From: a bacterium | Lineage (GTDB): Bacteria > UBA8248 | DNA: 64,000 bases | Reading direction: 5' to 3' | Assembly: GCA_965200245.1 (NCBI GenBank) | Contig: CBDATS010000004.1 | Span: forward strand, 1,184,001 to 1,248,000 | In this document: piece by piece, positions 40,943 to 50,666 of the stretch | Numbering within the stretch: position 1 is the first letter of the stretch | Layout: every line of letters starts with the position of its first letter | Notes under the pieces: generated by a model | Databases searched by the model: none | The model's input: the letters and a program-made list of their open reading frames with translations, nothing else | What the model was told of the DNA's origin: nothing | Program-made: the position numbers and the translations under genes

Positions 40943-41010
40943 TCCTCCCCTGAATCACCCCTTGAAAGCGAGGCGGATGATCCGGTTGTTCTCAAGGAAA
41001 CAAATGCGCA

Positions 41011-41394
41011 TCATGAAGAACCAGACAATGCGCGATTGGCCACATCCATTTCCATGACACCGGGTGGTCTGCCCTCGCCTTCGACAAAAGCAGCATCCGC
41101 CCGTGCCATTTCAAGCCGGAATACGGCCTCGTTCAAATCCGCATCCGGAGATAGCCATATGGCTCGCCTCGCAGGTATCTCCGTTTTGGCGACCTCACCC
41201 ACTTCCCGAAATACTTCGGGTACGCGTATGAATTTATCGAGGTCTGTTTTGTTCACCACACCAACCAGTCGCTTGTCATCAAAAATCGCCGCCCATGGAG
41301 CGTTTATCCTGTTCATCGCCATCCAGACTTCTCTGGTGTCTTCTCCCGCTCCAGCAATCGCTACCGCCTGCAAAAAACACTCCCGAACCTTCAT
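41011..41394 (-). CDS. CBS-domain-like protein
   Basis: MKVRE..., RLVGVV..TDL, LSPDADL.EA; ATGA-coupled to the upstream gene. Confidence 0.6.
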   Translation of the reverse strand: MKVRECFLQAVAIAGAGEDTREVWMAMNRINAPWAAIFDDKRLVGVVNKTDLDKFIRVPEVFREVGEVAKTEIPARRAIWLSPDADLNEAVFRLEMARADAAFVEGEGRPPGVMEMDVANRALSGSS

Positions 41395-42092
41395 CGAGCG
41401 ATTTTCTCGGCCACCGACAGATGACCAAAGCGCGACATAGCTTCAACTTTCAAAAATGTTGATTTCATCGCTTTTAGTCCCGCCGGTGGTTGCCGGGCAA
41501 TTTTACCGGCCAGATCACACGTTTCCCTCATGAGATTTCTTCTCGATGTGACGCGATTCACCAATCCTAAGCGATATCCCTCTCGCGCATCAAACCTTCT
41601 GCCGGTCAAGACCAGATCCTTCGCGTACGGAACAAGAATTTGCCGTGTCAGACGAACAGTGGCATCTCCTCCAGGAAACACTCCCAGGGCGGTCTCTGGA
41701 TATCCCAAAACGGCACCCTCCACCGCAATACGAATATCACATGAGAGCATCAGGACCATTCCCCAGCCAAACGCGGGCCCATTCACCGCCGCAATGGTCG
41801 GGATGGGCAGTTCACGCAGGGCTGCACTCCATCTCTCGCCCAACAGCATAAAACGAGTTGCCTGTTCTTTCGTATGGGTGATGCTTTCCTTTAAGTCGCG
41901 TCCTGACGAAAAAGAACTTCCGGCACCCGTCACAACAAGGACTTTAATGTTCCGGTTCTTTTCAATTTCATCCATCTCCCGACACATTGCTTTCATCAAT
42001 GACGTGTTGAACGCATTGCGCGTCTCCGGACGATTCACGGTGATGCGCGCAACATGGGACTCAATACGTGTGATGAGGAGGTCTTTCTTCAT
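41391..42092 (-). CDS. Enoyl-CoA hydratase/isomerase family protein
   Basis: NRPETRNA, FSSGRDL, PTIAAVNGPAFGWG, PETALG.FPG. Confidence 0.9.
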   Translation of the reverse strand: MKKDLLITRIESHVARITVNRPETRNAFNTSLMKAMCREMDEIEKNRNIKVLVVTGAGSSFSSGRDLKESITHTKEQATRFMLLGERWSAALRELPIPTIAAVNGPAFGWGMVLMLSCDIRIAVEGAVLGYPETALGVFPGGDATVRLTRQILVPYAKDLVLTGRRFDAREGYRLGLVNRVTSRRNLMRETCDLAGKIARQPPAGLKAMKSTFLKVEAMSRFGHLSVAEKIAR

Positions 42093-42109
42093 GTTCCGCC
42101 ATAATGGAC

Positions 42110-42138
42110 AAAAAGCCTGCCCCTTGAGGGACAGGCTT
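42110..42138 (-). terminator. Rho-independent terminator downstream of the UGSC + hydratase pair
   Basis: Minus strand AAGCCTGTCCC-TCAA-GGGGCAGGCTT-TTT. Confidence 0.6.
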
Positions 42139-42164
42139 GATGTTTCCTGGAAATTTTATGCGCC

Positions 42165-42947
42165 CTATTCTCCGGTAAACACAGGTTTCCTCTTTTCCCT
42201 GAACGCAGCCAGCGCCTCAGCGAAATCCCTGGTGTAGTTCAAAGGCAACCTGTGGGCGTTGGAAAACTCGATGGCCTGAGCGAGCGGCATATCGAGTGTT
42301 TGATCGAGCACTTTTTTCGCTCCACGAACTCCAAGGGGACCATTATCCCTTATCTTCTCCGCTATGGCGGTTGCTTCATCCATCAGCGTATCCAGCGGAT
42401 GCGCCTTGTTCACCAAACCGATGCGCTCGGCCTCTTTTCCATCGATACGTTTACTTGTGAAAACCAACTCTTTCGCCTGTCCGGCCGGCATGATTCTTTG
42501 AAGCCAGACTACGCCGCCAGCTCCTGGAAAGATACCCAGACTGCATTCCGGAAAACAAAGGGTTGCTCCTTCCGCGGCCAGCCTGATATCGCACACCAGG
42601 GTAATTTCCACGCCCCAACCGAACGCATGACCGTTGACAGCGGCGATGGTGGGCATGGGCAAGCGTTCCCACAACGAGGTTGCAGCCATCACGTTGCGTT
42701 GGTAACGATCGGCCATCTCTTTCGTATGCGCAGTGCTTTCCTTCAGGTCGCGGCCCGTACTGAAACCACGTCCCTCTCCAGTGAGAATGACAACACGCAC
42801 ATCCTGCGCGTCAGCCAGGGTTTGCGTCAATTCCACGAATTCTTCTGCCATCTTGAAACTGATTGCGTTCAAACTTTCCGGACGGTCGAACTTCACCACC
42901 GCCAATCCATCTTCCTCCGTATAGGACATCGTCTCAAATTCGTGCAC
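42165..42947 (-). CDS. Enoyl-CoA hydratase/isomerase family protein
   Basis: RPESLNA, FSTGRDL, AFGWGVE, PECSLGIFPGAGG, FREKRKPVFTG. Confidence 0.92.
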   Translation of the reverse strand: MHEFETMSYTEEDGLAVVKFDRPESLNAISFKMAEEFVELTQTLADAQDVRVVILTGEGRGFSTGRDLKESTAHTKEMADRYQRNVMAATSLWERLPMPTIAAVNGHAFGWGVEITLVCDIRLAAEGATLCFPECSLGIFPGAGGVVWLQRIMPAGQAKELVFTSKRIDGKEAERIGLVNKAHPLDTLMDEATAIAEKIRDNGPLGVRGAKKVLDQTLDMPLAQAIEFSNAHRLPLNYTRDFAEALAAFREKRKPVFTGE

Positions 42948-42986
42948 GAACCCCCTCCTGGGAAATGCTTTTGTTTCGGGAACGGA

Positions 42987-43517
42987 TCAACCTTTCAAAT
43001 GGCTGGCCACTTCCTCAACAAACTTGAGTGTCGTTTCTCTCATTTCATCGGGCTGCAAGTTGCTCACCGGATGAGGTAACTGCACATACGGGTGACCTTC
43101 CATTCCCTTTCCACGAAACTGAAAGTCAGCAGCGTTTTTGAACGCCTCGGTAATAATGGTCGTTGCCGGGATACCCCGTTTCTCAAATTCAACCGTGTCG
43201 TGCACACTGCACAACGTGCAGGAACCTCAGCCACCCAAGGCGGCTATCGCCAAATCAATCTCCTGGGCCATATCCTCGATCATTTCATCGGTGGCGGGTT
43301 TGGAATAATGCTCCTTCCGCCGCGAGATGACTCTGGCCACGTCGTATTGTTCACGCAGGGCATTTCCCAGAGTTTCCAAAATGATGTCCGCTTGCTCTTT
43401 CGTGTTGTCCAAGAGCCCTACTACTTTCCCTGAAAGGTCTTCGGGGCGTTGTGCAAGCTCGATTCGTGCAACCGACCCACCCGCTGTCGGATCGATGAAT
43501 CCCATTCCGTTCGCCAT
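42987..43517 (-). CDS. UGSC-type selenoprotein (TGA 43227-43229 read as Sec; GrdB/PrdB-like UxxC), 176 aa
   Basis: ORFs 43227-43529 and 42987-43214 are in the same frame: ...DLAIAALGG-TGA-GSCTLCSVHDTVEFEKRGIPA...; ATG 43517 follows GGAG. Confidence 0.9.
43197..43215 (-). promoter_or_regulatory. Putative SECIS hairpin of the UGSC gene
   Basis: GUUGUGCA-GUG-UGCACGAC; 8-bp stem starts 11 nt after UGA, with a G-initiated loop. Confidence 0.75.
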
Positions 43518-43717
43518 GGTTTTCTCCATTAGAATTATGTGAATTCAATCGCGTTCGCATCATATCCCGCAATTTAGTCCCTGTCTACGATATCAATGCC
43601 CCTTCAGCCATGGCTCGAAAACACGAATGAAGTTTTTCCCTCTTCTCAGTTTCGCCGAATTTTGACAAAATCAAGCCTACTTCACTCAACTCCTCCAATC
43701 TTTAAGGAGCAAAACAA

Positions 43718-45988
43718 ATGGCCGGTTACGATATCATCGGCAAGTCAAACGTCCGATATGATGCAATCCCGAAAGCGGATGGTTCCATGCCCTATGGAGA
43801 GGACACGATACCCGCAGGCGCCTTGCAATGTGGCGTATTGTTTACGCCCATCCCGGCAGGCCGCTTGAAAAAACTCGACACGTCGAAAGCCGAAAAAATC
43901 CCGGGTGTAGCCGCCATCTTGACCGCAAAGGATATTCCGGGGACTAACACGCGGTTCGGCTCGGGCACGCCGGGCCTCCCGCACCAGCCGGTATTGGTGG
44001 AAGACAAAATCGAATTTACGGGCGATGCCCTCGCAATCGTAGGCGCCGAAAACAGAGAAACGCTTGACGCTGCCATTGCGGCTATTGAGGTGGAAATCGA
44101 GGCGGAAGAAGGCGTGTGGACAACGCGTCACGATGAGTCGAGTGCCGAGAAGCGCCAGGCATGTGACTTCGAGGTCACCCGCGGTGACATCAATACCGCG
44201 TTCGATGAAGCCGACGTAGTAATTGAAAAAACATACACCACTCAGCTTGCCGAGCACGCTTTTCTGGAACCTGCTTCCGGTACTTCCTGGATGGAGGAAG
44301 ACGGCATCATCACCATCCGCGTCGGGACTCAACTCATCGAATACTATCGCGCCATAGCCGCTATTTTGGGAATCTCACAGAGCCGTGTTCGCCACCTCGG
44401 CACTTATGTTGGTGGCGGATTCGGTGCCAAGGGCATGCTGACCGTGGAACCCTACCTCGCATTGCTCACCTGGCATACGCAAAGGCCTGCCGTCATGGTG
44501 CTTGGTCGTGAGCACGGCATCAGAAACACTTCCAAAAAGCATCCCTTCTACATGAAGTACAAAACAGGAGCTACCAGGGACGGGAAACTCCTGGCCGTAC
44601 AAGCGGATATCGTGGGCGACGCAGGCGCTTATCCCTATAAATCCAATTTATTCCTCTTGGGTGCCATGTGCATCGCCGCCGGACCTTACGATGTCCCCAA
44701 CGTAACAATTCGAGCGCACGGCTATCTCACCAACAATCCCATCACCAACGCGATGCGCGGTGTTGGCTCGAACCAGGTCTGCTTTGCTTACGAAAACCAG
44801 ATGAACCTGGTGGCGGACACCATCGGTATTGACAAATACGAATTCAGACGGAGAAATTTCATCCAGAAAGGTCAGGAACTGCCTACAGGGCAGAAAATTC
44901 CCTACGAACCAAACCTGGAAGAATGCCTGGACAGCGCGCTAGAGGCCTTGGGTGCTCCGACAGAACCAGGTCCGGGAAAACGTATCGGACGTGCGGCGGC
45001 GGCGAACATCACCGGCTATGGAAGGCCACATGACGATGCGAATGCAGCGGTTCACCTTGAGCCTGACGGCAGCGCCGTGGTCCGCGTGAGCGCACCGGAC
45101 ATAGGCGCAGGTCAGGGGGCTACGCTTCAAAGCATCACGGCCGAAACCCTGGGGCTCAGGCTCGACCAGGTTTCCACCCGCTTATCCGATTCCGCCACGA
45201 CACCACTCTCGGGCATCACTGCGGGTTCCCGCCAAACGCTTATGGCAGGACACGCCGTTCGCCTTGCTGCAGATGAAGTACGAAAAGCCGTTACCAAAGG
45301 CGCCGCTTCATTGCTCGAGGCAGCGGAAGAGGATATTCGCGTCGGCGGTGGCGAGGCGTGGGTAGCCTCCGCTCCCGAGAGAAGGATTGGCATAGGTGCT
45401 GCAGCTGGAGAAGCCAAGAAAATGGGAGAATCGCTACACTGTACACACGGCTACAACATGCCGGGCCATCAGTATGAGAATCCAGAGCGATACATGAACG
45501 GCATGGGCGGATGGTCGGACTACACATTTGGTGTTCACGCGAGTGAAGTGGAAGTCGACATCGAAACCGGCGAAGTAAATCTATTGAAACACATAGCTTC
45601 GCATGATGTCGGGCGAGCGCTGAACCCTCAAAGCGTGGAGGGGCAATTCGAGGGCGGCGCAGTGATGGGGATTGGCTACGCACTCCACGAGGAAATTACG
45701 ATGGTGGAAGGCGATTGTCGCTCGCAAAGCTTTCATGAATATCTGATCCCTACCTCATCGGACATCGGCGAGGTCGAATCCGTCGTTCTCGAGTGCGGTG
45801 AGGGCGCGGGACCTTACGGTGCGCGCGGCGTCGGAGAACCGCCATGCAACAATGCGCCGGCCGCCGTCGCCCTCGCCATCAATGACGCAATAGGCACTGA
45901 AGTCTACGACCTGCCCATCACGCCCGAGCGCGTCTGCTGGGCGGTCATGAAGAAAAACGGCAAAAGCAACGGTCATCAGGAACCATAA
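43718..45988 (+). CDS. Xanthine dehydrogenase family molybdopterin-binding subunit
   Basis: EHAFLEP, VGGGFGAK, AMRGVG, DIGAGQG, AGSR, NP..VEGQFEGG, GARGVGEP. Confidence 0.93.
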   Translation: MAGYDIIGKSNVRYDAIPKADGSMPYGEDTIPAGALQCGVLFTPIPAGRLKKLDTSKAEKIPGVAAILTAKDIPGTNTRFGSGTPGLPHQPVLVEDKIEFTGDALAIVGAENRETLDAAIAAIEVEIEAEEGVWTTRHDESSAEKRQACDFEVTRGDINTAFDEADVVIEKTYTTQLAEHAFLEPASGTSWMEEDGIITIRVGTQLIEYYRAIAAILGISQSRVRHLGTYVGGGFGAKGMLTVEPYLALLTWHTQRPAVMVLGREHGIRNTSKKHPFYMKYKTGATRDGKLLAVQADIVGDAGAYPYKSNLFLLGAMCIAAGPYDVPNVTIRAHGYLTNNPITNAMRGVGSNQVCFAYENQMNLVADTIGIDKYEFRRRNFIQKGQELPTGQKIPYEPNLEECLDSALEALGAPTEPGPGKRIGRAAAANITGYGRPHDDANAAVHLEPDGSAVVRVSAPDIGAGQGATLQSITAETLGLRLDQVSTRLSDSATTPLSGITAGSRQTLMAGHAVRLAADEVRKAVTKGAASLLEAAEEDIRVGGGEAWVASAPERRIGIGAAAGEAKKMGESLHCTHGYNMPGHQYENPERYMNGMGGWSDYTFGVHASEVEVDIETGEVNLLKHIASHDVGRALNPQSVEGQFEGGAVMGIGYALHEEITMVEGDCRSQSFHEYLIPTSSDIGEVESVVLECGEGAGPYGARGVGEPPCNNAPAAVALAINDAIGTEVYDLPITPERVCWAVMKKNGKSNGHQEP

Positions 45989-45992
45989 ACAA

Positions 45993-46026
45993 GAAACAGC
46001 CCCGGCATCTTCGCCGGGGCTGTTTC
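45993..46026. terminator. Perfect 14-bp inverted repeat between convergent genes (probable bidirectional terminator)
   Basis: GAAACAGCCCCGGC-ATCTTC-GCCGGGGCTGTTTC. Confidence 0.75.
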
Positions 46027-46156
46027 ATCCGGAGAAATACCCGGACATTCCCGGCTTGATGCAAAAACGGATTTCTGTGGAGAGGAAATCGCGGAGATTC
46101 TTTCACGCCAACAGATGAACCCGGTTTCCCGTTCCTGTCTCTTGCTGAAAAACCTT

Positions 46157-47176
46157 CTACACACTGAATTTTTTGGTCACGGCCCGACATGCTACGGTGA
46201 TTCCATGCATGACCATGCTTGATGGCGATCCTTTGCTTCCCGCGACGATCAGGTGAAGATCTTCGGGATCCCCTACTGCAGGCACGAAGAAATCATCATC
46301 ATGTATATCCACGGGAAACGGCCAGCGATCCGCGCCTTTCTCGCCTCTCCAGATCCCGCCCCGCTTGATATCTCGGATAGTACGACCACCCATTTCCAGC
46401 AATTTTCGGTGTACATCGCTGCGGGCCAAGCCTGCACCGGCGCACAGATGCGCATGTTGCGCGCCCAGGACAACCGCCATGTCAGCTTGCCGATACATAT
46501 TGGGTCCGCCCAGAGCGGACATCATATCGGCAACCGTCGCAAGAAGTCGGTCGGGGGTCAGGCTCGCATCGTCCCATACCTGTACGGGGCCTTCGAGAGG
46601 AATCATGGTCACAACATTGTCGCTTTTGTGAAATCCCTTCGATTCTGCATACGACTCCCAGGGCGATTCCTCCTCGTACTCCATAATGCAAAAGGTGTTT
46701 CGCCAAGGACCCCCAAAACCGCCCAGACAGGTGACTCCGGGGATGCCTCCACCCACATTCATCATGACGAGCCTCACGGCGCGGCCGATGGTCAAGTTTG
46801 CGCGAAAACCAGGACCCATGCAGCCCACGCCGCCGTGCAAACCGATTTCCCTGGCGTAGGGACCATTCACCAACAGAAAAGGCGCACCCGCACTCGTCGT
46901 GGCCTGGATGAGATTTACGTTGAAACGCTCATCAAGAAGCGCCTCCAGACCCGCTATCAAGACCGGCATGTATTCAGGTTTACAACCAGCCATCACGGCA
47001 TGTGCCGCCACGCCCTGGATGCTGAGTTCCCCGCCCGCCGGAGCCACATGACCGAGCACTTCGCCAGGCTCCCTTGCCGTCCCAGAGAGCATCGATGCGA
47101 TCCTGCCTTCCGTCGGTGTCACGACAGGCAAGCCGTCTGACCATTCTTTTTCAAAGAAAAACTCGAACTCATCCAT
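46157..47176 (-). CDS. Uncharacterised 'DGLP' family protein, tandem paralogue 4
   Basis: WSDGLPVVTPT, HAVMAGCKPEY, QATT, VNGP, GCMGPGFRAN.TIGRA, ESPWE. Confidence 0.85.
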   Translation of the reverse strand: MDEFEFFFEKEWSDGLPVVTPTEGRIASMLSGTAREPGEVLGHVAPAGGELSIQGVAAHAVMAGCKPEYMPVLIAGLEALLDERFNVNLIQATTSAGAPFLLVNGPYAREIGLHGGVGCMGPGFRANLTIGRAVRLVMMNVGGGIPGVTCLGGFGGPWRNTFCIMEYEEESPWESYAESKGFHKSDNVVTMIPLEGPVQVWDDASLTPDRLLATVADMMSALGGPNMYRQADMAVVLGAQHAHLCAGAGLARSDVHRKLLEMGGRTIRDIKRGGIWRGEKGADRWPFPVDIHDDDFFVPAVGDPEDLHLIVAGSKGSPSSMVMHGITVACRAVTKKFSV

Positions 47177-47192
47177 CAATTTGGCGATTATC

Positions 47193-47363
47193 CTATTGAC
47201 GAAATGGACACAATATCATGCATGAGGTGCCCGACCCACAGGGGAACGCAAGATATCGGGATGCTACATGACGAGCGGGGATGTCTACGACACCATTGCA
47301 TAAAGTGCCAGCACAGATTCCAGCGCCCCTGCATGCTGCCCCTGAGCAAGGGTTCTTGTCCAT
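47193..47363 (-). CDS. Possible 56-aa Cys-rich protein (below ORF-track cutoff)
   Basis: AAAGGA before ATG; 7 Cys including C-terminal CxxGxxCxxxCP; ends 16 nt before the ATG of the next paralogue. Confidence 0.35.
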   Translation of the reverse strand: MDKNPCSGAACRGAGICAGTLCNGVVDIPARHVASRYLAFPCGSGTSCMILCPFRQ

Positions 47364-47516
47364 GAAATCCTTTTTTATCGGGCATCACCTCTTTCTGGTT
47401 TTGGATACAACCCCCTGTATTCTCCTGTGAGTTGGATCTCGGTGCAATATCCTGCGGTTGACTCATTTAGAGAGACAAACACGAATCCATCCTTGAATAC
47501 CAGCCTGACAGAAAGA

Positions 47517-48533
47517 CTATGGTCGATAAGCAGCCGAAACCGCTTCGCTGCCATCCACCCAGCCAGGCATGACGGCCGTCACCGGTCCGGGCGTACCCCC
47601 TGCGACGATCAAAACCAGATCGTCTTCATTTTTGACCGCCGGGACCATGAATGAATCATCTTGCCGCCCCGCGTCAGGCGGCCATTTTGCTATCATTTCC
47701 TCACGCCAATAGCCCGATTTTTTCAGCTCCCCGAGAGGCTTGCACGCAAGCTCCATGATTTGGTGATGGACATCTTCCTTGCTCAAGCCCGCCGCCGCGC
47801 ACATGCGCGCATGATCCGGACCCAATGCGACGACAACCTGTGTTCTCAGCCAAATATTCAGCGACCCCAACGTGGATATCTTGTCCGCCAGCCCGACGAA
47901 AAATGATTCCGGCTCCCTGGAATAATCATCGATATACCCTTGAGGCGCTTCTGCCATCACGGCGGTCACAACATCATCATCTGGATGAAACCCTCTCGTA
48001 ACGGACAATGGCTCCCAGGGGTTTTCCGCTTCATTCTCGGCGACACAAAACGTATATCTGGCAGGTGAACCGAATGTGCTCATGGAGGCGGAAATCGGCA
48101 CACCGCCGCCGATGTTCATAAGAATGAGCCGGATGGCACGACCAATCGTCGCATTCGCCCGAAAACCCGGGCCAAAGCATCCCGTGCCGCCATGCAGGCC
48201 AATTTTTTTCGCGTACGGCCCATTCATGATCAGTAAAGGTGCCGCGCTGTGCATGGTGCCCTGCACACCGTTCAAATTGAGTTTCGGCTCAAGCAGCGTC
48301 TGGAGGCCGGCAATCACAACGGGCAAAAACGAAGGCTCGCACCCCGCCATGACGGCATGCGCGGCAATCGCTTGAACACTGGCCTCCCCCATGAGGGGTG
48401 GCACCAAGCCGATGACTTCCGAAGCCCCAGGTTTTGCGCACGAAAGCATGGCGGACATTCGTTCCTGGGTAGGAGGAACAATCGGCAGGCCATCCGACCA
48501 TTCTTTTTGAAAGAAAAACTCGAATTCATCCAT
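47517..48533 (-). CDS. Uncharacterised 'DGLP' family protein, tandem paralogue 3
   Basis: WSDGLPIVPPT, HAVMAGCEP, GVQGT, GCFGPGFRANATIGRA, ENPWE. Confidence 0.85.
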   Translation of the reverse strand: MDEFEFFFQKEWSDGLPIVPPTQERMSAMLSCAKPGASEVIGLVPPLMGEASVQAIAAHAVMAGCEPSFLPVVIAGLQTLLEPKLNLNGVQGTMHSAAPLLIMNGPYAKKIGLHGGTGCFGPGFRANATIGRAIRLILMNIGGGVPISASMSTFGSPARYTFCVAENEAENPWEPLSVTRGFHPDDDVVTAVMAEAPQGYIDDYSREPESFFVGLADKISTLGSLNIWLRTQVVVALGPDHARMCAAAGLSKEDVHHQIMELACKPLGELKKSGYWREEMIAKWPPDAGRQDDSFMVPAVKNEDDLVLIVAGGTPGPVTAVMPGWVDGSEAVSAAYRP

Positions 48534-48574
48534 CGAAACTTGGTTTCGCCTTGCCGGTCACGGCATATTCAGCG

Positions 48575-49603
48575 TCAAACTTCATAGACCCCATGTACGG
48601 CGCGGCTCCCGCCGCTCCACCCATGACAGACCGCACTGCCCGATCCCCACCCGCCTGCGACGATCAGGTGAAGGTCGCGGGAATCCTTGATGACGGGGAC
48701 GAAAAAATCCTCATCATCCGGATCTACGTGGATATACATATCCAGAGCACGCTCGCGTCGCCAGTTGCCGCCTTGTTTCAGATCCTTCACCTTATGGCCG
48801 GCCAATTCACACAGACGCCGATGCACGTCAGCGCGCGCCAGGCCACCCTCGGAACAAATCTTTGCATGCTGAGGATTCATGGCGACAACCATATCGGTTC
48901 TTGGCGCGTGCATGTTCCAGGAACCCAAACCCGTCATCGCATCGGCGATGCCGCGGAGCAGCCTCTCGGGCTCCTCGCTTACATCATCAAAGGTCAATCG
49001 CGGGCTTTCCACCATCGCCATGGTAATCACGTTCTCGTCCTTTCCATACCCTCTGGATTCAGCGAGCGTCTCCCACGGGTGAAATGGAAGGTTCTCCGTG
49101 ATGCAGGCCGTATAGCGCAGCGGCGTGGCGAAAATCGTCATGGAGGAAACACCCGGAATGCCCCCGCCCAGGTTCATCAAAATCAGGCGAATGGCGCGCC
49201 CTATGGAAGCGTTGGCCCTGAATCCGGGGCCAAAGCAACCGTTGCCCCCATGAATGCCGATTTCTTCGGAATAGGGCCCGTTCACGATCATGAGTGGCGC
49301 TACGCCGTGCATCGTGCCCTGCACGCCATTCATGTTGAATTCTTCACGGAGCATGAGGGAAGTGGCACCGAGAACAACCGGCAGATATTCGGGCTTGCAA
49401 CCCGCCATTACCGCATGAACCGCCACGCTGTGAACCGTGGCCTCACTCATGGCGGGGGGAACGTGGCCTATCAGTTCATCAGAATTTCTCTTTGTACCGG
49501 CAAGCATGCGCTCAATGCGCTCCCCGGTCGGAGTGACGACCGGAAGGCCGTCCGACCAGGGTTTTTCAAGAAAAAACTCGAATTCATCTTGAGGTTCGTT
49601 CAA
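48575..49603 (-). CDS. Uncharacterised 'DGLP' family protein, tandem paralogue 2
   Basis: WSDGLPVVTPT, HAVMAGCKPEY, GVQGT, GCFGPGFRANASIGRA, HPWE. Confidence 0.85.
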   Translation of the reverse strand: MNEPQDEFEFFLEKPWSDGLPVVTPTGERIERMLAGTKRNSDELIGHVPPAMSEATVHSVAVHAVMAGCKPEYLPVVLGATSLMLREEFNMNGVQGTMHGVAPLMIVNGPYSEEIGIHGGNGCFGPGFRANASIGRAIRLILMNLGGGIPGVSSMTIFATPLRYTACITENLPFHPWETLAESRGYGKDENVITMAMVESPRLTFDDVSEEPERLLRGIADAMTGLGSWNMHAPRTDMVVAMNPQHAKICSEGGLARADVHRRLCELAGHKVKDLKQGGNWRRERALDMYIHVDPDDEDFFVPVIKDSRDLHLIVAGGWGSGSAVCHGWSGGSRAVHGVYEV

Positions 49604-49634
49604 ATTTCCTTACCTCTTGAAGGTACGGATATCA

Positions 49635-50666
49635 TCAAGATTCGAATGCGCGCGATACGGAACGGCTGCTCCCGTTCCATCCGTGCATCACGGCCGTAAT
49701 CGGGCCTGGAACACCACCTGCCACGATCAAGATTAGTCTTTGGGCCTCTTTTATCGTCGGAACGAACACTTCGTCATCGTTCAAATCGACAGGAATCGGA
49801 AAACTCTTGACGCGATTTTCCCTGAAATGCCCTCCCGTTTTGAGTTCGCCCACCGTGCGGCCCGCAATTTCGCAAAGGCGTCCGTGGACATCCGCCCTTG
49901 AATACCCCCTCTTTGCGCAAATCGCGGCCTGTTGCGGGCTCATCGCCACCACCAGATCGGTATTGGCCCAACAGTTCCACGAACCCAGGTGCGACATGGT
50001 GTCCGCTATGGAAGGCAACATGCGCTCGGGGTCGTCGCTCACATCATCCCAGGACATGACGGGGCCCTCTACGTGCACGGCGGTTACTACATTCTCCCCG
50101 GCTTCGAAACCCTTCGACTGCGCAAGAGACTCCCAGGGACTCTCCTCCTCGTTCTCTGCGATGCAATACGTGAACCTGCCCGGCTGTGAGAACGTACTCA
50201 TCGAAGTGATGCCCGGTATTCCGCCGCCAATGTTGAGAAGCAAAAGCCTGATGGCCCGGCCGATTGTCGCGTTGGCGCGATTCCCGGGACCGAAACAGCC
50301 GAGTCCGCCGTGTAGCCCGACTTCCCTGGCATAAGGGCCGTTCACGATCAAGAGAGGGGCTGCGCATGAGAGAGTCGCCTGAACGCCACCCACGTTGAAT
50401 TTTTCTTCTAAAACAGCCTCCATCGCCGCGATGAGAACTGGCATATATTCCGGTTTGCATCCGGCCATGACGGCGTGAACGGCTATGGTCCGAACGTCCG
50501 CCTGCCCCAGAAGCGGGGGTATGTCACCGATGATTTCGTCCGGACCGCGGTTCGTCCCCGCTAACATGAGGCCCACACGCTCTTCGGTGGGGGGGATGAC
50601 CGGCAGACCATCCGACCAGGCCATTTCGAAGAAATATTCGAACTCATCCACAGGAGGGGTACTCAC
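49635..50666 (-). CDS. Uncharacterised 'DGLP' family protein, tandem paralogue 1
   Basis: WSDGLPVIPPT, HAVMAGCKPEY, GVQAT, GCFGPGNRANATIGRA, ESPWE; GTG 50666 follows GGAGG. Confidence 0.85.
   Translation of the reverse strand: MSTPPVDEFEYFFEMAWSDGLPVIPPTEERVGLMLAGTNRGPDEIIGDIPPLLGQADVRTIAVHAVMAGCKPEYMPVLIAAMEAVLEEKFNVGGVQATLSCAAPLLIVNGPYAREVGLHGGLGCFGPGNRANATIGRAIRLLLLNIGGGIPGITSMSTFSQPGRFTYCIAENEEESPWESLAQSKGFEAGENVVTAVHVEGPVMSWDDVSDDPERMLPSIADTMSHLGSWNCWANTDLVVAMSPQQAAICAKRGYSRADVHGRLCEIAGRTVGELKTGGHFRENRVKSFPIPVDLNDDEVFVPTIKEAQRLILIVAGGVPGPITAVMHGWNGSSRSVSRAFES

Noticed and set aside
47204-47365. Plus-strand 53-aa ORF with CMRC...CIKC zinc-ribbon-like pattern
   Set aside because: Antisense to the array, no RBS, and it starts under 30 nt from the divergent gene's start; the minus-strand ORF fits the context better.
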